From the NCBI RefSeq assembly GCF_006345805.1, contig NW_021833228.1, positions 160,651 to 224,650 of the forward strand: a DNA stretch of 64,000 nt, given 5' to 3'. A program made the position numbers and the translations under genes. Positions 51,025-63,567 of this stretch are shown in pieces (the first letter of the stretch is position 1; each line of letters opens with the position of its first letter). Under the pieces are notes generated by a model. That model was given only the letters and a program-made list of their open reading frames with translations, was not told where the DNA came from and did no database searches. The DNA comes from Octopus sinensis (taxonomy: Eukaryota).

Positions 51025-54000
51025 CATATTTATTAGGTGATATGATTTCTTGTTTGTATTTGTCAGCTTCCTTATATACTGAGAACAGTTTTTTGTTTTG
51101 CTCGTGTTTTGCCGCTATTTGTATGTTTTCCTTCCTGAAGTAGATATGGTGGTTATTTTATAGTAGTTTTCCAGCAGTATAAGGCCTCTACCACCTTCTA
51201 TACGTTGTATATATAGTCTTTCTATGTCAGATTTTGGGTGATGCATCCTAGATCCTGTCATTATTTTTCTTGTTTTCCTATCTATTTTGGTCAGTTCATT
51301 TAGTGTCCAGTTAAGGATATTGTAGCTGTAACTTATAACTGGGACAGCTAAAGTGTTAATACCTATTATCTTGTTTTTAGCATTGAGCTCTGTTTTTAGT
51401 ATTGATCTAACTCGTCTATAATTCTTTTTTTATTTTCTCTTTCATTTTGTGTGTTGTGTCTTATCTAATTCATGGATTCCTATGTATTTGTAAGTTTGGC
51501 TTTAGTCTAATTCTTTTATTTCATTGGTTTTATCTAGTGTGATGTTGCTTCTCTTAACTGGTTTTCCTCTTTTCATGGTTACTTTGGCGCATTTTTCTAA
51601 TCCAAATTTCATATCTATTTCTTTGCTAAATCCATGAACTGTCTTTAATAGTGTTTCCAGCTGTTTGTCATTTGCAGCGTATAGTTTTAGGTCATCCATA
51701 TATAAAAGGTGGCTGATCTTTTTGCCGTAACATTTATATCCGCCTCCAGTTCTATCTAGCATATCCGATAGAGGTGACAGTGCCAAGCAGAAAAGGAGTG
51801 GAGAGATCGTGTCTCCCTGAAATATTCCTCTTCTAATGGGAATGGCTTTGGTTTTCATGAGTCCCTCTTTTGTTTGGAGCTGTAGCACTGTTTGCCATTT
51901 ATTCATAGTGTTCTTTGTATTTTATAATTGTTGGTGCTATTTTGTTAATGGCTAGTGTTTCGAGGATCCATGTGTGGGGGATGCTATCTGTAGTCGATCC
52001 ATGCCATACTGAGGCCTTTCTTCTTTCTGTGGCTCTTTTCAGTTATGGCTCTATTAATCATCAGTTGATCTTTACAGCCATATGAGCCTTTGCGGCATCT
52101 TTTCTGCTCTTCTGGAAACAGGTTGTTTTCGTCCAGGTGCTTGTTCAACCTTTGCGATATCACTGCAGTAAATGCCTTGTACATTGTAGGAAGACAGGTT
52201 ATAGGTCTGTAGTTTTCTGGTTTTGCTGTCTCATTTGATTTGGGAATTAAGATGGTTTTCCCCTTCATGAGCCATTCAGGCATTGTCTCTGGCTCTGCTA
52301 GTACGTTGTTAAAGTTTTCAGCCAGCTTTTTGTGCATTCCTGTTAGATATTTCAACCAGAAGTTGGGGATCTTGTCATGCTCAGGTGCCTTCCAGTTGCT
52401 TAGTCTTTGCAGTGCCTGGGTGACCTCTTCAGTTGTTATGGGGGTCCAAAGTTGCTCAGATGCTGAGTTTGTTGTTTTAATACTCCTTTTTTTTGGTTGT
52501 TCATTCACCGACCATATTTCTCTCCGGAATTCTTCCACTTCTTCTGCCGTTGGTGCTGCAGTGATTTCTATTTTATTTTTGCCAAGTTCTTGGTAGAACT
52601 TTTTGGGGTTGGAGTTGAACTTTTTGTTTTCTTCAAAGAAGCGCTAGCGTTTCTCGTACCGGCGGATCCTTTGTGCTTTGGCAAGGATATCTTGCTTCAG
52701 CTTTTCTTTTATCTCAGGTAAATCTTTTTCTGTGATGTTATATTTGCGGAGTATTTTTGTTTTCTTTTTGTTGCTCAGTAGCGTTGATTGTCTACTGATT
52801 TCGTTAAGAATCGACAGATATTTTCTCATTTTTTGTATTTTGTTTTGGATGTTATTTATCCACAGGGTTTGTTTGGGTGGTGGTACTCCTATTTGGATGG
52901 GTTTGAGTGAGTATCTAGCTTCTTTTGTGGCTGCAGTGGCTGCTGCGTATACTAAGTCATTTAGCTCAGTGATATCGCTTTTTGATTCAGTGGCTATTAG
53001 TTCCGTGACGGCTAGGTTTATGCTGTTTATAATTGGTGTTGTTTCGTCTATTTTGATTTTTAGGAGGTCGGTGGTTCATTTTGAGCTCTGTGGTTTTCAG
53101 TTCTTTGATTATTTTACTTTTTATATTATCATAATCATTAGGCTCCCCTTCGTTGTTTTCAGGTTTTAGATTTGTGTCGCTTTCTATCTCATGCGTATGT
53201 TTGTTTGGCGTGTTTTGGCTTGCTGTTTGTCGTGTATTATTATGCATCCTTACGGTCTGGGTTTGTTGTTTTTTTGTTTACATCGTGTTTGTTGGGAATG
53301 TTACGTTTGTCTTCGTGTTTTACTGTTTCAGTGTTTATATTATTGGGCATTGTTATGTGGCTTCTATCTACATTTTCCTGATGTACTTTTTCTTTTAAAT
53401 GTTCTATTTCTATTTCTGATATTTTTTTGCGTTGAGAATATATCTTTGTACATTGGCTAGTTTATTAGGGTTCATTGCTGTATCCAAGTCTATATTTATG
53501 TTATTTTCCTTCCATATTTTATATGTGTGTGTTGTTGTGTTTTCATTCTTTGGGTAGAGCACTGCTGTGAAGTAAGCGTGTAGGATAGAAATGTATTCCT
53601 CACATGTCCATTTATGTCTTTTGGGTTTTATTTGCGGGACATGAGGAACAACGTCCGGCCCATTATTTTGACGGTCGTCATTTTCGTAGGGTACCGGTCC
53701 GTTCATTTCTGTTGTCACATTGTTTTGCACGTGTAGTTTTTCGTACATTTTGTGTTGTAAGTTTAAGGTACGTACCTCCCGATTGTTATTCTTGGGTTGA
53801 ATAATATCGGTGGTATTTAATTTCTTCGTAGTTCCTTTGTACATGGTGTTTGGTGTCGGGGATGATCTGGTGTTGATGGATCGTAATGTATCACGCATGT
53901 TTACATGTGTTGTGTTAGAGGTTGAGATGATATCGAGTCAAAATACATCATTTCGTTTCGAAAATAGTAATAAATTTCAATTAGTATTACTTACTCGTAT

Positions 54001-54117
54001 ACAGTCTAATCCTTTGTTAGTAAATCTTTTGCTCCATACGATGTCCTTGTTTTCGATGTTTGTGGATAGATTTCGGAGCTCTGTTTTATTGTTCTTACAT
54101 CTTAAACGTCCCCCGGT

Positions 54118-56889
54118 CCCGAGACTTGGCTGGCTCCAGCAGTAAAGGACTCAGAAATCCACCTACAGGGCTACGTCCTCTTCAGATGTGACAGAGAAAA
54201 AAGGAGAGGTGGAGGTGTTGCTGTGTATGTTAAATCTGATCACAAACCGTCCAGCGGTATTCTACCCACTAATGCTCAACCTACAACAAAATTCGATGTC
54301 GTCTATTGCAAGCTGAGCCTATCCGAGTTTTGCCTGCCTGTGTTAGCTGTCTACAGGCCGCCTCTCGCCGACCCCCAGGACGATGCTCATTTACTCGAAG
54401 CGATAAGATTCGTTTCAGCTTCGCATGACTGTTTGATACAAGGAGACTTCAACGCACCCACGATCGATTGGCCCGCATCAATTTGTACATCATCTTCCCG
54501 GTTCGGCCAGGCCCTTCTTGACGTGGCTGAAGATTGTTTTCTATCGCAACATGTTGAATATCCGACAAGGCATCGGTCTGGGCAGCAGCCATCTATGCTG
54601 GATCTGGTAGTCTCCCGCTATCCAAGATCAGTGTCAGACGTATCTGTGTGCGCCCCTCTTGCCAAGAGTGATCATGCGGTCCTGAAGTTCGTCATGCACA
54701 CAACTTTTTCTACGCCCACGACTACTTCGCTGCCACGTAGAGTCTTCTCTGCAATTAATCTTGAAATTCTAACCGAGGCTTCCGCGCTTCTGGACTGGCG
54801 ATCCCTGATGACGTTGTCCTCAGTTGACGAACTATGGTCATCCCTCAAAGCATATGTAATCTGGTTGACTGACCAGGCAGTTCCCGTTGGGATTCCAAGA
54901 AGAAGAAGAACACAAGCCCTGGGTGACGAAGAAGGTTAAACGAGAACTTTGACTCAGAGATATTGCTTGGGCTGAATTCAAAAATCTGGATTCGACTGCA
55001 GCTTTTGAGGTGTACAAAACTCAACGAGACCGAGCCGTGAAAATTGAAAAGGAAGAACGCTTCAGTTATGAATACAAAATCGCGGCAAATGCCAGTAGCA
55101 ATCCAAAAACCTTCTTTGCCCATGTCCAACGGAATTCCCGCTTGAACAACCAGATTGCAACGTTGGTAGACTCAACAGGCGTATCGATTGAGGACCCTTA
55201 TCAACAGAGTCAATTATTTGCCGAGGCTTTTTCAACTATTTTCAAACAAGATGACGGTCGTGAACCCCCTCCATTTGATAGATCGGTACCTCCAATGCTT
55301 TGATTGGTCATCACGCGGGACGAAGTCAAACGTTATTCAAGGCCTTGATGTCAACAAGGGTCACGGCCCTGACGGCTTACACCCACGGGTTATCAAAGCG
55401 TTGGCTCCGGTCATCTGCGAGCCCTTAACACGTCTATTCAATATGTCATTGGCGACGGGTGTTATACCTGGACGGATGAAGAACAGCGATAATCTGCCCA
55501 ATTTTCAAGAAAGGGAGTCGCGAAGACCCGCTTAACTACCGACGGTTTTCCCTTACATCAATAATCAGCAAGATGTTCGAAACCATCCTTAAGAAAAGTA
55601 TGATGCTCCACCTCCAAAACACAGCCTCCATCTCTGATTCCCAACACGGCTTCGTGCCGAAGAGATCATGCTTGACCAACTTACTGGTAATGGAAGAATT
55701 GGTGACGCGCATCCTCGATGATAGTGATGCTGTTGACATCGTTTTATTGGACTTTGCCAAAGCTTTTGACTCGGTAAACCACCGCCTATTACTTGTCAAG
55801 CTTCAAGCATATAGTTTCCATCTGGATATTGTACGATGGGTTGGTGCCTTCCTCTCAGATCGCTCCTTCCAAGTCCAAGTTAATGGTTCGCGGTCCGACG
55901 TCTCCAGTGCGAGCAGTGGCGTGCCTCAAGGTTCAGTGCTTGGGCCCTTATTGTTCTTAGTCTTCATAAATGACTTGCCCGACGACCTCACGCAACACAC
56001 CCTTCTATTTGCCGACGATGTCAAACTGGTCGCTCCTCGCGGTGATATAGAGGATCTTCGTCGATGCCTCCACCAAATTTGGAGGTGGTCTAACGAATGG
56101 GACCTGTGTCTGAACGTGTCAAAGTGCTGTCATCTGCCTGTTGGCTCTCCTCCTGCAACTCAACTTGATTTCGAGCCGGGTCGTCTGCTGCTGGAGAGGA
56201 CCGATCAGGTAAAGGACCTGGGTATCTTGGTGGATTCCTCCTTTTCGCCTTCGGTCCAGTGCGTCCATGCTGCCAACAAAGCACGCGGAATTCTGTTCTT
56301 GATTCGACGGTCATTCGGAATGCTCACAGCAGCCATATTCCTACCACTCTATGTCACGCTGGTGAGACCCATATTGGAATACGGGATTCAAGCCTCTTCT
56401 CCTTATCTTCTCAAAGACATACAGCATCTCGAAAGAGTCCAGAAGCTGGCTACCCGCATGGTTCATGGTCTCAAAAATTTGTCCTATGAAGAAAGGCTGA
56501 GGACGCTCGACCTTTGTTCTCTAGAAAACCGCCGCCGCCGTGGTGATCTCATTCTCGCCCACAGCATTATAAGCGGAAAGTGTAACCTCTTGAAAGAGCT
56601 GTTCTTCACTCCTGCTCCAGAGCGTCGGCTGCGGGGTCATTCCGAAAAGCTCTACCTGCGACGATTTCATCTCAATCGAAGGAGAGGAGCTTTCTCCGTC
56701 CGGGTTGCGGATCCGTGGAACAAGCTGCCAGACGAGATGGTGAAGATGCCGACGACCGCTTTGTTCAAAGCCTCCCTGGACCTCAAGTGGCCTGAACTCT
56801 TTACATGAACACCACCCTGTACTTAACTCCATGTCCCCCTACATGGCCTTGCTATTTGCTTTTGAGCCAAATTAACTAACTAACTAAAC
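54118..56889 (+). mobile_element. 5'-truncated CR1-group LINE (APE endonuclease + RT), few lesions, intact 3' end
   Basis: ETWL...GYVLFRCDR...GGGVAVYVK, VYRPP, GDFNAP, SDHAVL (APE); QHGFVPKRSCLTNLL, DFAKAFDSV, GVPQGSVLGPLLF, FADDVK (RT, ORF 55573-56808); 3' UTR hairpin CCATGT-CCCCCT-ACATGG and (TAAC)n tail. Confidence 0.93.
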
Positions 56890-57205
56890 GTCCCATGGTG
56901 TCTTAAACGTCCCCCGGTGTCTTAAACGTCCCCCGGTGTCTTAAACGTCCCCCGGTGCCTTAAACGTACCCCAGTGTCTTAAACGTCCCCCGGTGTCTTA
57001 AACGTCCCCCGGTGCCTTAAACGTCCCCCGGTGCCTTAAACGTCCCCCGGTGTCTTAAACGTCCCCCGGTGTCTTAAACGTCCCCCGGTGTTTTAAACGT
57101 CTCCCGGTGTCTTAAACGTCCCCTGGTGTCTTAAACGTCCCCCGGTGTCTTAAACGTCCCCCCGTGTCTTAAACGTCCCCCGGTGTCTTAAATGTCCCCC
57201 GGTAT
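56885..57205 (+). repeat. 19-bp minisatellite CTTAAACGTCCCCCGGTGT, ~17 copies, plus one copy at 54101-54117
   Basis: Period measured 56902 to 56921; the orphan copy lies on the other side of the CR1-like insertion. Confidence 0.97.
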
Positions 57206-57299
57206 CTTATTATTTCTCATTATTATTATCATTATTATTATTATTATTTTTATTACTATTATTATCATCATCATCATCATCATCATTCCAGTCATCACC

Positions 57300-58600
57300 G
57301 TTACTATAACTATTATTAGTTTTGTCCATTTAAAAACGGGTTTCAGTTTATCAATAAAATTCTTTTCTCTAACTTTTCTCTCGATTTCTCTTCAGCTGTG
57401 TAGACCACATGTTGCCAGTGGTCGGTTAAAGGGATCATCTGGCCGACATCAGGATCTCTTATTTACTGTTGGAGCACACGTGACTAGTGCATTCCAAGTC
57501 TGGCCAACGTATATCTCTTCAGAATTCTGGCATTTGATGCAGTAAATTAAGTTTCTGCTTTTGCAGTTCATATTTACATTTGCAAATATTCTTCCGTTTA
57601 TTTTTGTTCCAATATTGACCGATATGTATGAACTGACATGTCCCACATCGATTATCATGTACTTAGACACAATGAATGATTCGTATTGTTGCTAAGATCA
57701 CACTTTGCCTTTATTAAATGTTTCAAGTCTTTCGACTGTCTTTTACTTAGAGCCATTACTCCATCCGTGATATATCTTCTAATTCATTACTTTGAATAAT
57801 GATCGGCAAGTTTGATTTGCAATGCTTAAGGTATTCCGGTAACATGGGTTGTGTGCCACTATAACTGGTATGATCTGTTCTCGTTTTCCTCATCCTCGGG
57901 TGGCCCTAAGTTCTTGTATGGGTATTTCTATATCAAGCTGTACACCATTTTCTATGAGTAGAGAGGGATATTTTGCTTGGGTAGAGTCTTTTAGTTTTGT
58001 TAGGCTTTTGTCTCTGATTCTCACATCCTCCACAAACGTACACATTTTCTCGGCTAGGTTGTATGGGATATTGCGTTTTGTATATGTTGGATAGTAAGAT
58101 TTGAAGTTCAGGTATTAAACTTTAAAGTTTATTTGATCTGTTTTGGTGACACAATTCGTGACACCAAAATATCTTTAGAATTGCCAAAGCAAACTTGACG
58201 ATCGTTGTTCAAAGTAATGAATCGAAGGATATTATATGTATTGATTTAGCTCCCAGACATTCTTTTCCGTACACAGTGTTTGTTATCATGAGACCCCTTA
58301 TTGCACACAAACGTAGTAATTATGCTCGCTTCTCTTTTGGTTTGCTAAAGCTTTATCTTTCTATAGCATTTGGTCAGTTCTTGCTTCAGCCTGCTTCTTC
58401 ATTGTTGCGGAGGTCTCCAACGATTACGTTGAAGCAATTCCATAGTAACAAGTTTCTTTTCGTTTTTAGGTGATCAAAGTATTCATTTGATTCTTCAAAA
58501 CTGTATCTGGAATCTGGGACATAAATTTAGAAGACGGTTAACATTCCCTGTGGTATCGAGAGAAACACTCATTAGTCTCTCTTAATAAGAGACGTAGGAA
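57300..58600 (-). mobile_element. degenerate Penelope-like element (RT C-terminus + GIY-YIG endonuclease)
   Basis: NMNCKSRNLIYCIKCQNSEEIYVGQT (GIY-YIG), upstream KRNIPYNLAEKMC-like thumb motif and terminal EKRILLINLKP-like motif; many stops. Confidence 0.8.
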
Positions 58601-58823
58601 TTTATATATTTTGCGAATGTTTTTCTTCCATCAAAGCTACTCCCTGTCATGTAATGTTATCTCTTCTGCATAAATAAATGATAACATACTTAACCATTTC
58701 AAACGCGATACCTTGCAGATAAGGAAGGACATTTCAAACCCAGTAAAGCTGTAGAGATAGCAGAGAAAGACTGGGTACACTTATGAGACTCGAACCCGTA
58801 TCCCTCAGACATCGACTGAGTAG

Positions 58824-60050
58824 GCGACAGGTAATTTGAATCCTGATAACTACACCCCAGGTATTTTGACTCCGGTAATTTGACTACCAGTCAATTTCAC
58901 TCCCGATATTAGAAAAAATAAAACGTTGAATAAGGATAAAATAAAAAGTCGAGTAAAACCTAAAATTATTGCTAAAAGTTTCAATAAAAATGAAGGTTAG
59001 GGGCTATTGCTCATATAAAATCCATCTTATTTTCGGGACTATGTCGCTCAATACTTATCCGTTTGCTTATATCCTTTCTTTTATTTTTGTTTGGTCTCGC
59101 AGATCCCACCTCCATCAAATTCAACCTTTCTCAGCTGTGCCAAGTGTTCTTCCCTTTTCAACGCAGTAATTATCTCCATATATTCGGATGTGAACAAATT
59201 AAGGAAGGAAATTTAGGGGCGTTGTGAAATCCCTTTAAAAGTTTATTAGTGCGAGGCATATCCGATTCTGTTTTAAAGCGGACATTCCAACTACCAATGG
59301 GAAACTAGGGAGAAGTCCTTCGTGGTCTGATTCCTTTACTTCGCACTCATCTTAGGTACGATAATCCAAAGTAGGTCACAAATTCTTGCGGAAGATCATC
59401 GTCATCTTCAAGATTTTCAGTCAATCTCATCATCGAGACGAAGAATTAGCAACGCTTAAAACCATCTGATTTTAATGCTAAACTCATTATAATGATGGTA
59501 TCTTTCCTTCAAGCCAAATTCACATGTTTTCTGTATATATTTTGTGACAGATGAAAAAGACAGCATGAGATGGAAGTAGTAGGAAACAGATACAATGCTA
59601 TTAATAAGAGCTTTTTCAAAATCCCTCATAACATCTTCAGGGCTCAGTCTTTGGAGTGATTCATTTAGCTTATAAAAAAGGTGGGTGTAAGTTTATTGAC
59701 GTTTTTTTGCGGAACACTGAATAACCCCACCTGAATATGATGCATGGATTTTGAAGCACATGAACAATGAGGATCTTCACCAATGTACTGAATTATGGTA
59801 TGATCTTCATCATGTATCCTAATGTGCACTCGAGCATTACAGGACTTAATTTTGAATTTCCTGTAAGTCTTAGATTCATCAGCGTTTTGTTTCTGTGCTT
59901 CATAATATGTAATTCATGTCATCCACAAGTCTCTTCCTTCCGCGGATACTGTCAAAAACGTGAGGTATGGTGTAAGTATATTTCTTTATAAGTAAACTTT
60001 ATATCCTTGTATGTTTGATAAATAATTTAACGAAGTATTTACACGAACGC
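58824..60050 (-). mobile_element. decayed MULE (Mutator-like) DNA transposon: FLYWCH-like and transposase fragments
   Basis: Minus-strand pieces KTYRKFKIKSCNARVH (FLYWCH-like), MRDFEKALINSI...CCLFHLSQNIYRK and SWNVRFKTESDMPRTNKLLKGFHNA (MULE motifs); short GGTAWTTTGAMTCC-like repeats at 58830-58900 may be subterminal. Confidence 0.72.
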
Positions 60051-60350
60051 ACGAGGTCCTGTTATACGAGGTACACGGCTCACAGCGAACTGCTGATAAC
60101 TCGACAGTTCTTTATTCATAGCAAATGTTGTGACAATTCACTTTTAATCATATGGGAGTTGTCGGAATCCTTCCACAACAGTAACGAATGAGGCAAGGAT
60201 GGATCACGGATAAACCTGTAAACTCTTTAAATTAAACATCCGAATGGATAACTGAAAAGGTACTTTCAGTTAACTGAATTACTCTGTAAATAAATCAATC
60301 GAATAGGTGACTGAAATGGTATTTTCAGTTTACCGAATTACCTTGTATAT

Positions 60351-60413
60351 CATCAGCATCATCATCAGCAACAGCAGCAGTAGCAGCAGCAACAACAACA
60401 ACAACAATAATAA
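60351..60413 (+). repeat. compound CAT/CAG/CAA/TAA trinucleotide microsatellite
   Basis: Seen directly. Confidence 0.9.
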
Positions 60414-61865
60414 GTAGAGCACTTAAAAGGTGCAAACCTCCGCCAAGACAATACCAACATCCTCTCAACGATGAGCCAGAGATGATTTTTAGAATGAGAA
60501 TATCTGAAATAAACTCGACTGCTCTCCCAAACGAGAATAATAAAAGTGAACTCGACCGCTCTCAAAAATTAGATGGAGTAAGCAAATAATTAATGCTGAA
60601 AACGGCAGAATCCGCATACTTCGCCTCGATGAATGACTCTCACCTCTCTGACTCGTCAATAATTTATGGCACCAATTTATGAAAAGAAATGAGGCTCCAG
60701 AAATATATAACGCGTAACGTTATTGGACCTTCGATCCAGCGCACGCGCAGCACTCAGCTAATCACAACACAGGGTTCAATAAATGTCCAATGACTTTTAT
60801 GATAGTTATTTTAACCAACCTCAACAGAGTAGCGTGGTGAGCTTTCAGAAACTAACTTAATGTTTCCAAATATACAATAATAGAAATTGGTCTCGCTACA
60901 CATCTATCACGTCCATATGTTCAGAATATTGCTATTGGTTAGAATTTTACTATTCGTCTAGGCATTATAGTGGAATATGCGAGGGAACAGGACTTCCCTT
61001 CTTGGAGCCCATAGCCAAGATGTGGATGTAACTAATCCAGAATTTGATTCTTCGATAAACCTTGTGCTAACCATTACGGTTTATAATCTACAAGTTCCAT
61101 TTATATGTTGTGTTTGTATAGGATTCAACATCTTCGTGCAGTCACGTATTAAAGCTTGCTTGTCAGCCTGGACGTATTACAAATTGTCTGTTGTATGTCA
61201 TATTTTCACAAGATTGTAAGTACTGCAACTACGTGTGACAAGCACCCAATATAGGTTAAGTGTTGTATATTGAGGTAAGGCACAGATGTGTAGATGTCTG
61301 TAGATGTGTTTTTGAACATTGTGATCCTGCGGAGTTAGATTCATAATGAGATTGTTCGTCATAGTGCTTGTAGTATATTGGGGGCTCATCGTTGTAGAAC
61401 CTATGGAGATTGTGGGCAATGGTATGGAGGAGGGGCCATATGAGGACCGAAAGGCAGAGAGAAACAGATCAAGAAGTAAGTTATGGTGTGAAAAATAATG
61501 AAGAATGATTATGTTTGTGGTTTACAATAAAGAGAGAAAATATGTTAAACGAAACAGTGGAGATGAAAAACAATTATAAAAATGTTGTGAACGTCTTTGC
61601 AGGCTTAATTCTCCACGCGCAGGGAAGCAACATGTGTATGGGATAGAGAGAGAGAGAGAGAGACATGGATGAGAGGAAAGTGTATGGGAGAGGCAAAGCT
61701 ATAAGAGAGAGGAGAGAGAGAGAGAGATAAGTAGCAAAAGAGATAGAGAGTGAGTGAAGGAGAAATGTCATGGAGACAGATTTGTTTTCTTCACTGAAAG
61801 GAGAATAGAGAAAATATGTGTTCACAGATAATAACGAAGTGAGGAAATATATATTTTAAAACTTT

Positions 61866-61975
61866 TTCCTTTATTTCAGTCATGAGCCTTCAGCCATGCT
61901 GGAGGATGTGGAGGGCCCCTGGAATAAGTTTTAGTCGAACGAATTGACCTTAGTACTTTTTTCTCAGTATGGTGG
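61866..61975. mobile_element. degenerate SINE-like fragment
   Basis: TTTCAGTCAT...GCCATGCTGGAG...TTTAGTCGAACGAATTGACC...AGTACT resembles an abundant cephalopod SINE remembered from other sequences; not verifiable here. Confidence 0.35.
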
Positions 61976-62715
61976 AAATTGCCCAAAATGCCATGTCACA
62001 CGATGAGACCAAAAACAAAAACGGAATTATGTGGTTGGGAAGCAAACCTAATATTGATGGTCTCAGACGAAAAATGGGGGAAATGGGCTATGAAAACGAA
62101 TAGCATTACATATAAAATAATTACACAAAGCAAAGGAAATAATCACACTGAATGGTTCTTATGTTGAACATGTCAAAGAGAGTTGTGTGGTATCCGTCAC
62201 ACTAGACACACAGGTTAGAAAAGACAGGTCACGCTAGCATGTATAGCATTTGAGAGATTTAAGAAACAGGATCTGGAGCTTGTAGGACATCAGCCAGGGT
62301 TGCATTGATAGGTTGCACATTTTTGCGTCTCTAGTCAGGGTCTAGAAACACATAAGTAAGAGGTTATTAAAATGTGTTTAAAACTAAAGAGATATTATAA
62401 TGAGACTGGCGTAATTTGTATAAGAAACGTTATTTACATGACATAAACCAGAACTGAAGTAGTCAGATGGAAGAGAGTGAAATGGTGCGACCATCTAATT
62501 AGGAGGAAAGTAAAAGATAATTCCTTAGTTCAGTCGATGTACCAAGACATCTAAAACCACAGGTCATGTAATAAGCAGTAGAAATGACAGAGCTGTTACG
62601 ATACACGGCTACATATCTTTTAACAGCAACAAGCAGAGTATAAAAGAAGGGCGTAGCGGTGTTCCGGCTGGCAAGAGAGCGACCAATGATCCGGAAAACA
62701 GAAGAGGCTAAAAAG

Positions 62716-62781
62716 CACACACATACATACATACACAAGCACGCACACACATACACATACACGCACACACACACACACACA
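62716..62781 (+). repeat. (CA)/(TACA) microsatellite
   Basis: Seen directly. Confidence 0.92.
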
Positions 62782-63567
62782 GAAATAGACACATGGACTA
62801 TTGGTTCGGTGCGTTCTGTCCACGAGAAAAACACTTCCAGTGCAGTCATCTGAGAAGAAATACCAGCAACAACCAGGGGTTAAACTTTCAACAGACTGGC
62901 ATCTCTTTTAGTGGGGTGTCTTCTATCCCCGGGTGTTGGAATATGTTGGATACCGAGAGAGACTGCGACCTAATGGGCCTGAATATCATGTAGAGAATAT
63001 AACTAAGAAACTACTCAATGAAGACTTTGAGGCGTGCGCAGTCTCGTGTTAGTGTAACATTGATGGAGTGAAAGTAGACATGAACGTGAAGAAGACGAAT
63101 CTGCGTCCGGTGCTTTGATTGGAAATAGCTGTTTGTGAAATGTTGATTACTTGAACAATGACAGTTGAATGACCTGATAATACTAATTAGATAAATGATC
63201 GTAAATCTAATCAACATGATACATTTTGCAAGTTTTAACATTTTAGTGGAATGTTAAAATAACAAATGGAATCAATGCCTCTTCCGGTGGTATTTGATCA
63301 TAGTCTGCGGTATTACAGTATTCATCTAGAAAAAGAACGGTAGCAACAGATCAGATTTAATCCTTTATTTAACAATTCTAAAGCTTACATTGATAACAAT
63401 TAAATTGGCAAGAAGATAGAATATCAATATAATTTCAGATCATGCAAAATATTTTGCTTCAAGCCAAGTGAGGCCCTGAAACTATTTAAATTACATCATG
63501 GTGGATATACAGTCTCATGAATGCATAGTGTTGTATTGAAACGTACAATTATAGTGCCGTTACAAAG

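Larger units (their letters stand above)
50039..57205 (-). mobile_element. R4/Dong-like non-LTR retrotransposon 2, apparently full length, disrupted, with a nested CR1-like insertion in its 5' UTR
   Basis: N-terminal KRHKWTCEEYISILHAYF...NKLANVQRYIL; RT (NYRPITCLPTMYK, GIFQGDTISPLLFC, LYMDDLKLYA); CRICGDGQETINHIISGC...RHDRVG; NRPDIVFRD. 3' UTR runs into (TAA)n at 50038; TAA-rich DNA also lies beyond the 5' end (57206 onward). Confidence 0.88.

Noticed and set aside
52240-54145. Plus-strand ORFs opposite the Dong-like elements (also 46100-48616)
   Set aside because: Antisense shadows of the A-rich retrotransposon coding strand.
58142-58170. Inverted repeat TTTTGGTG...CACCAAAA
   Set aside because: Only 8 bp, inside a decayed Penelope-like RT region; expected by chance or a local micro-inversion.
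58770-58830. tRNA gene on the minus strand (GGTTCGAGTCT B-box-like)
   Set aside because: No cloverleaf or convincing A box; at most a decayed SINE head.
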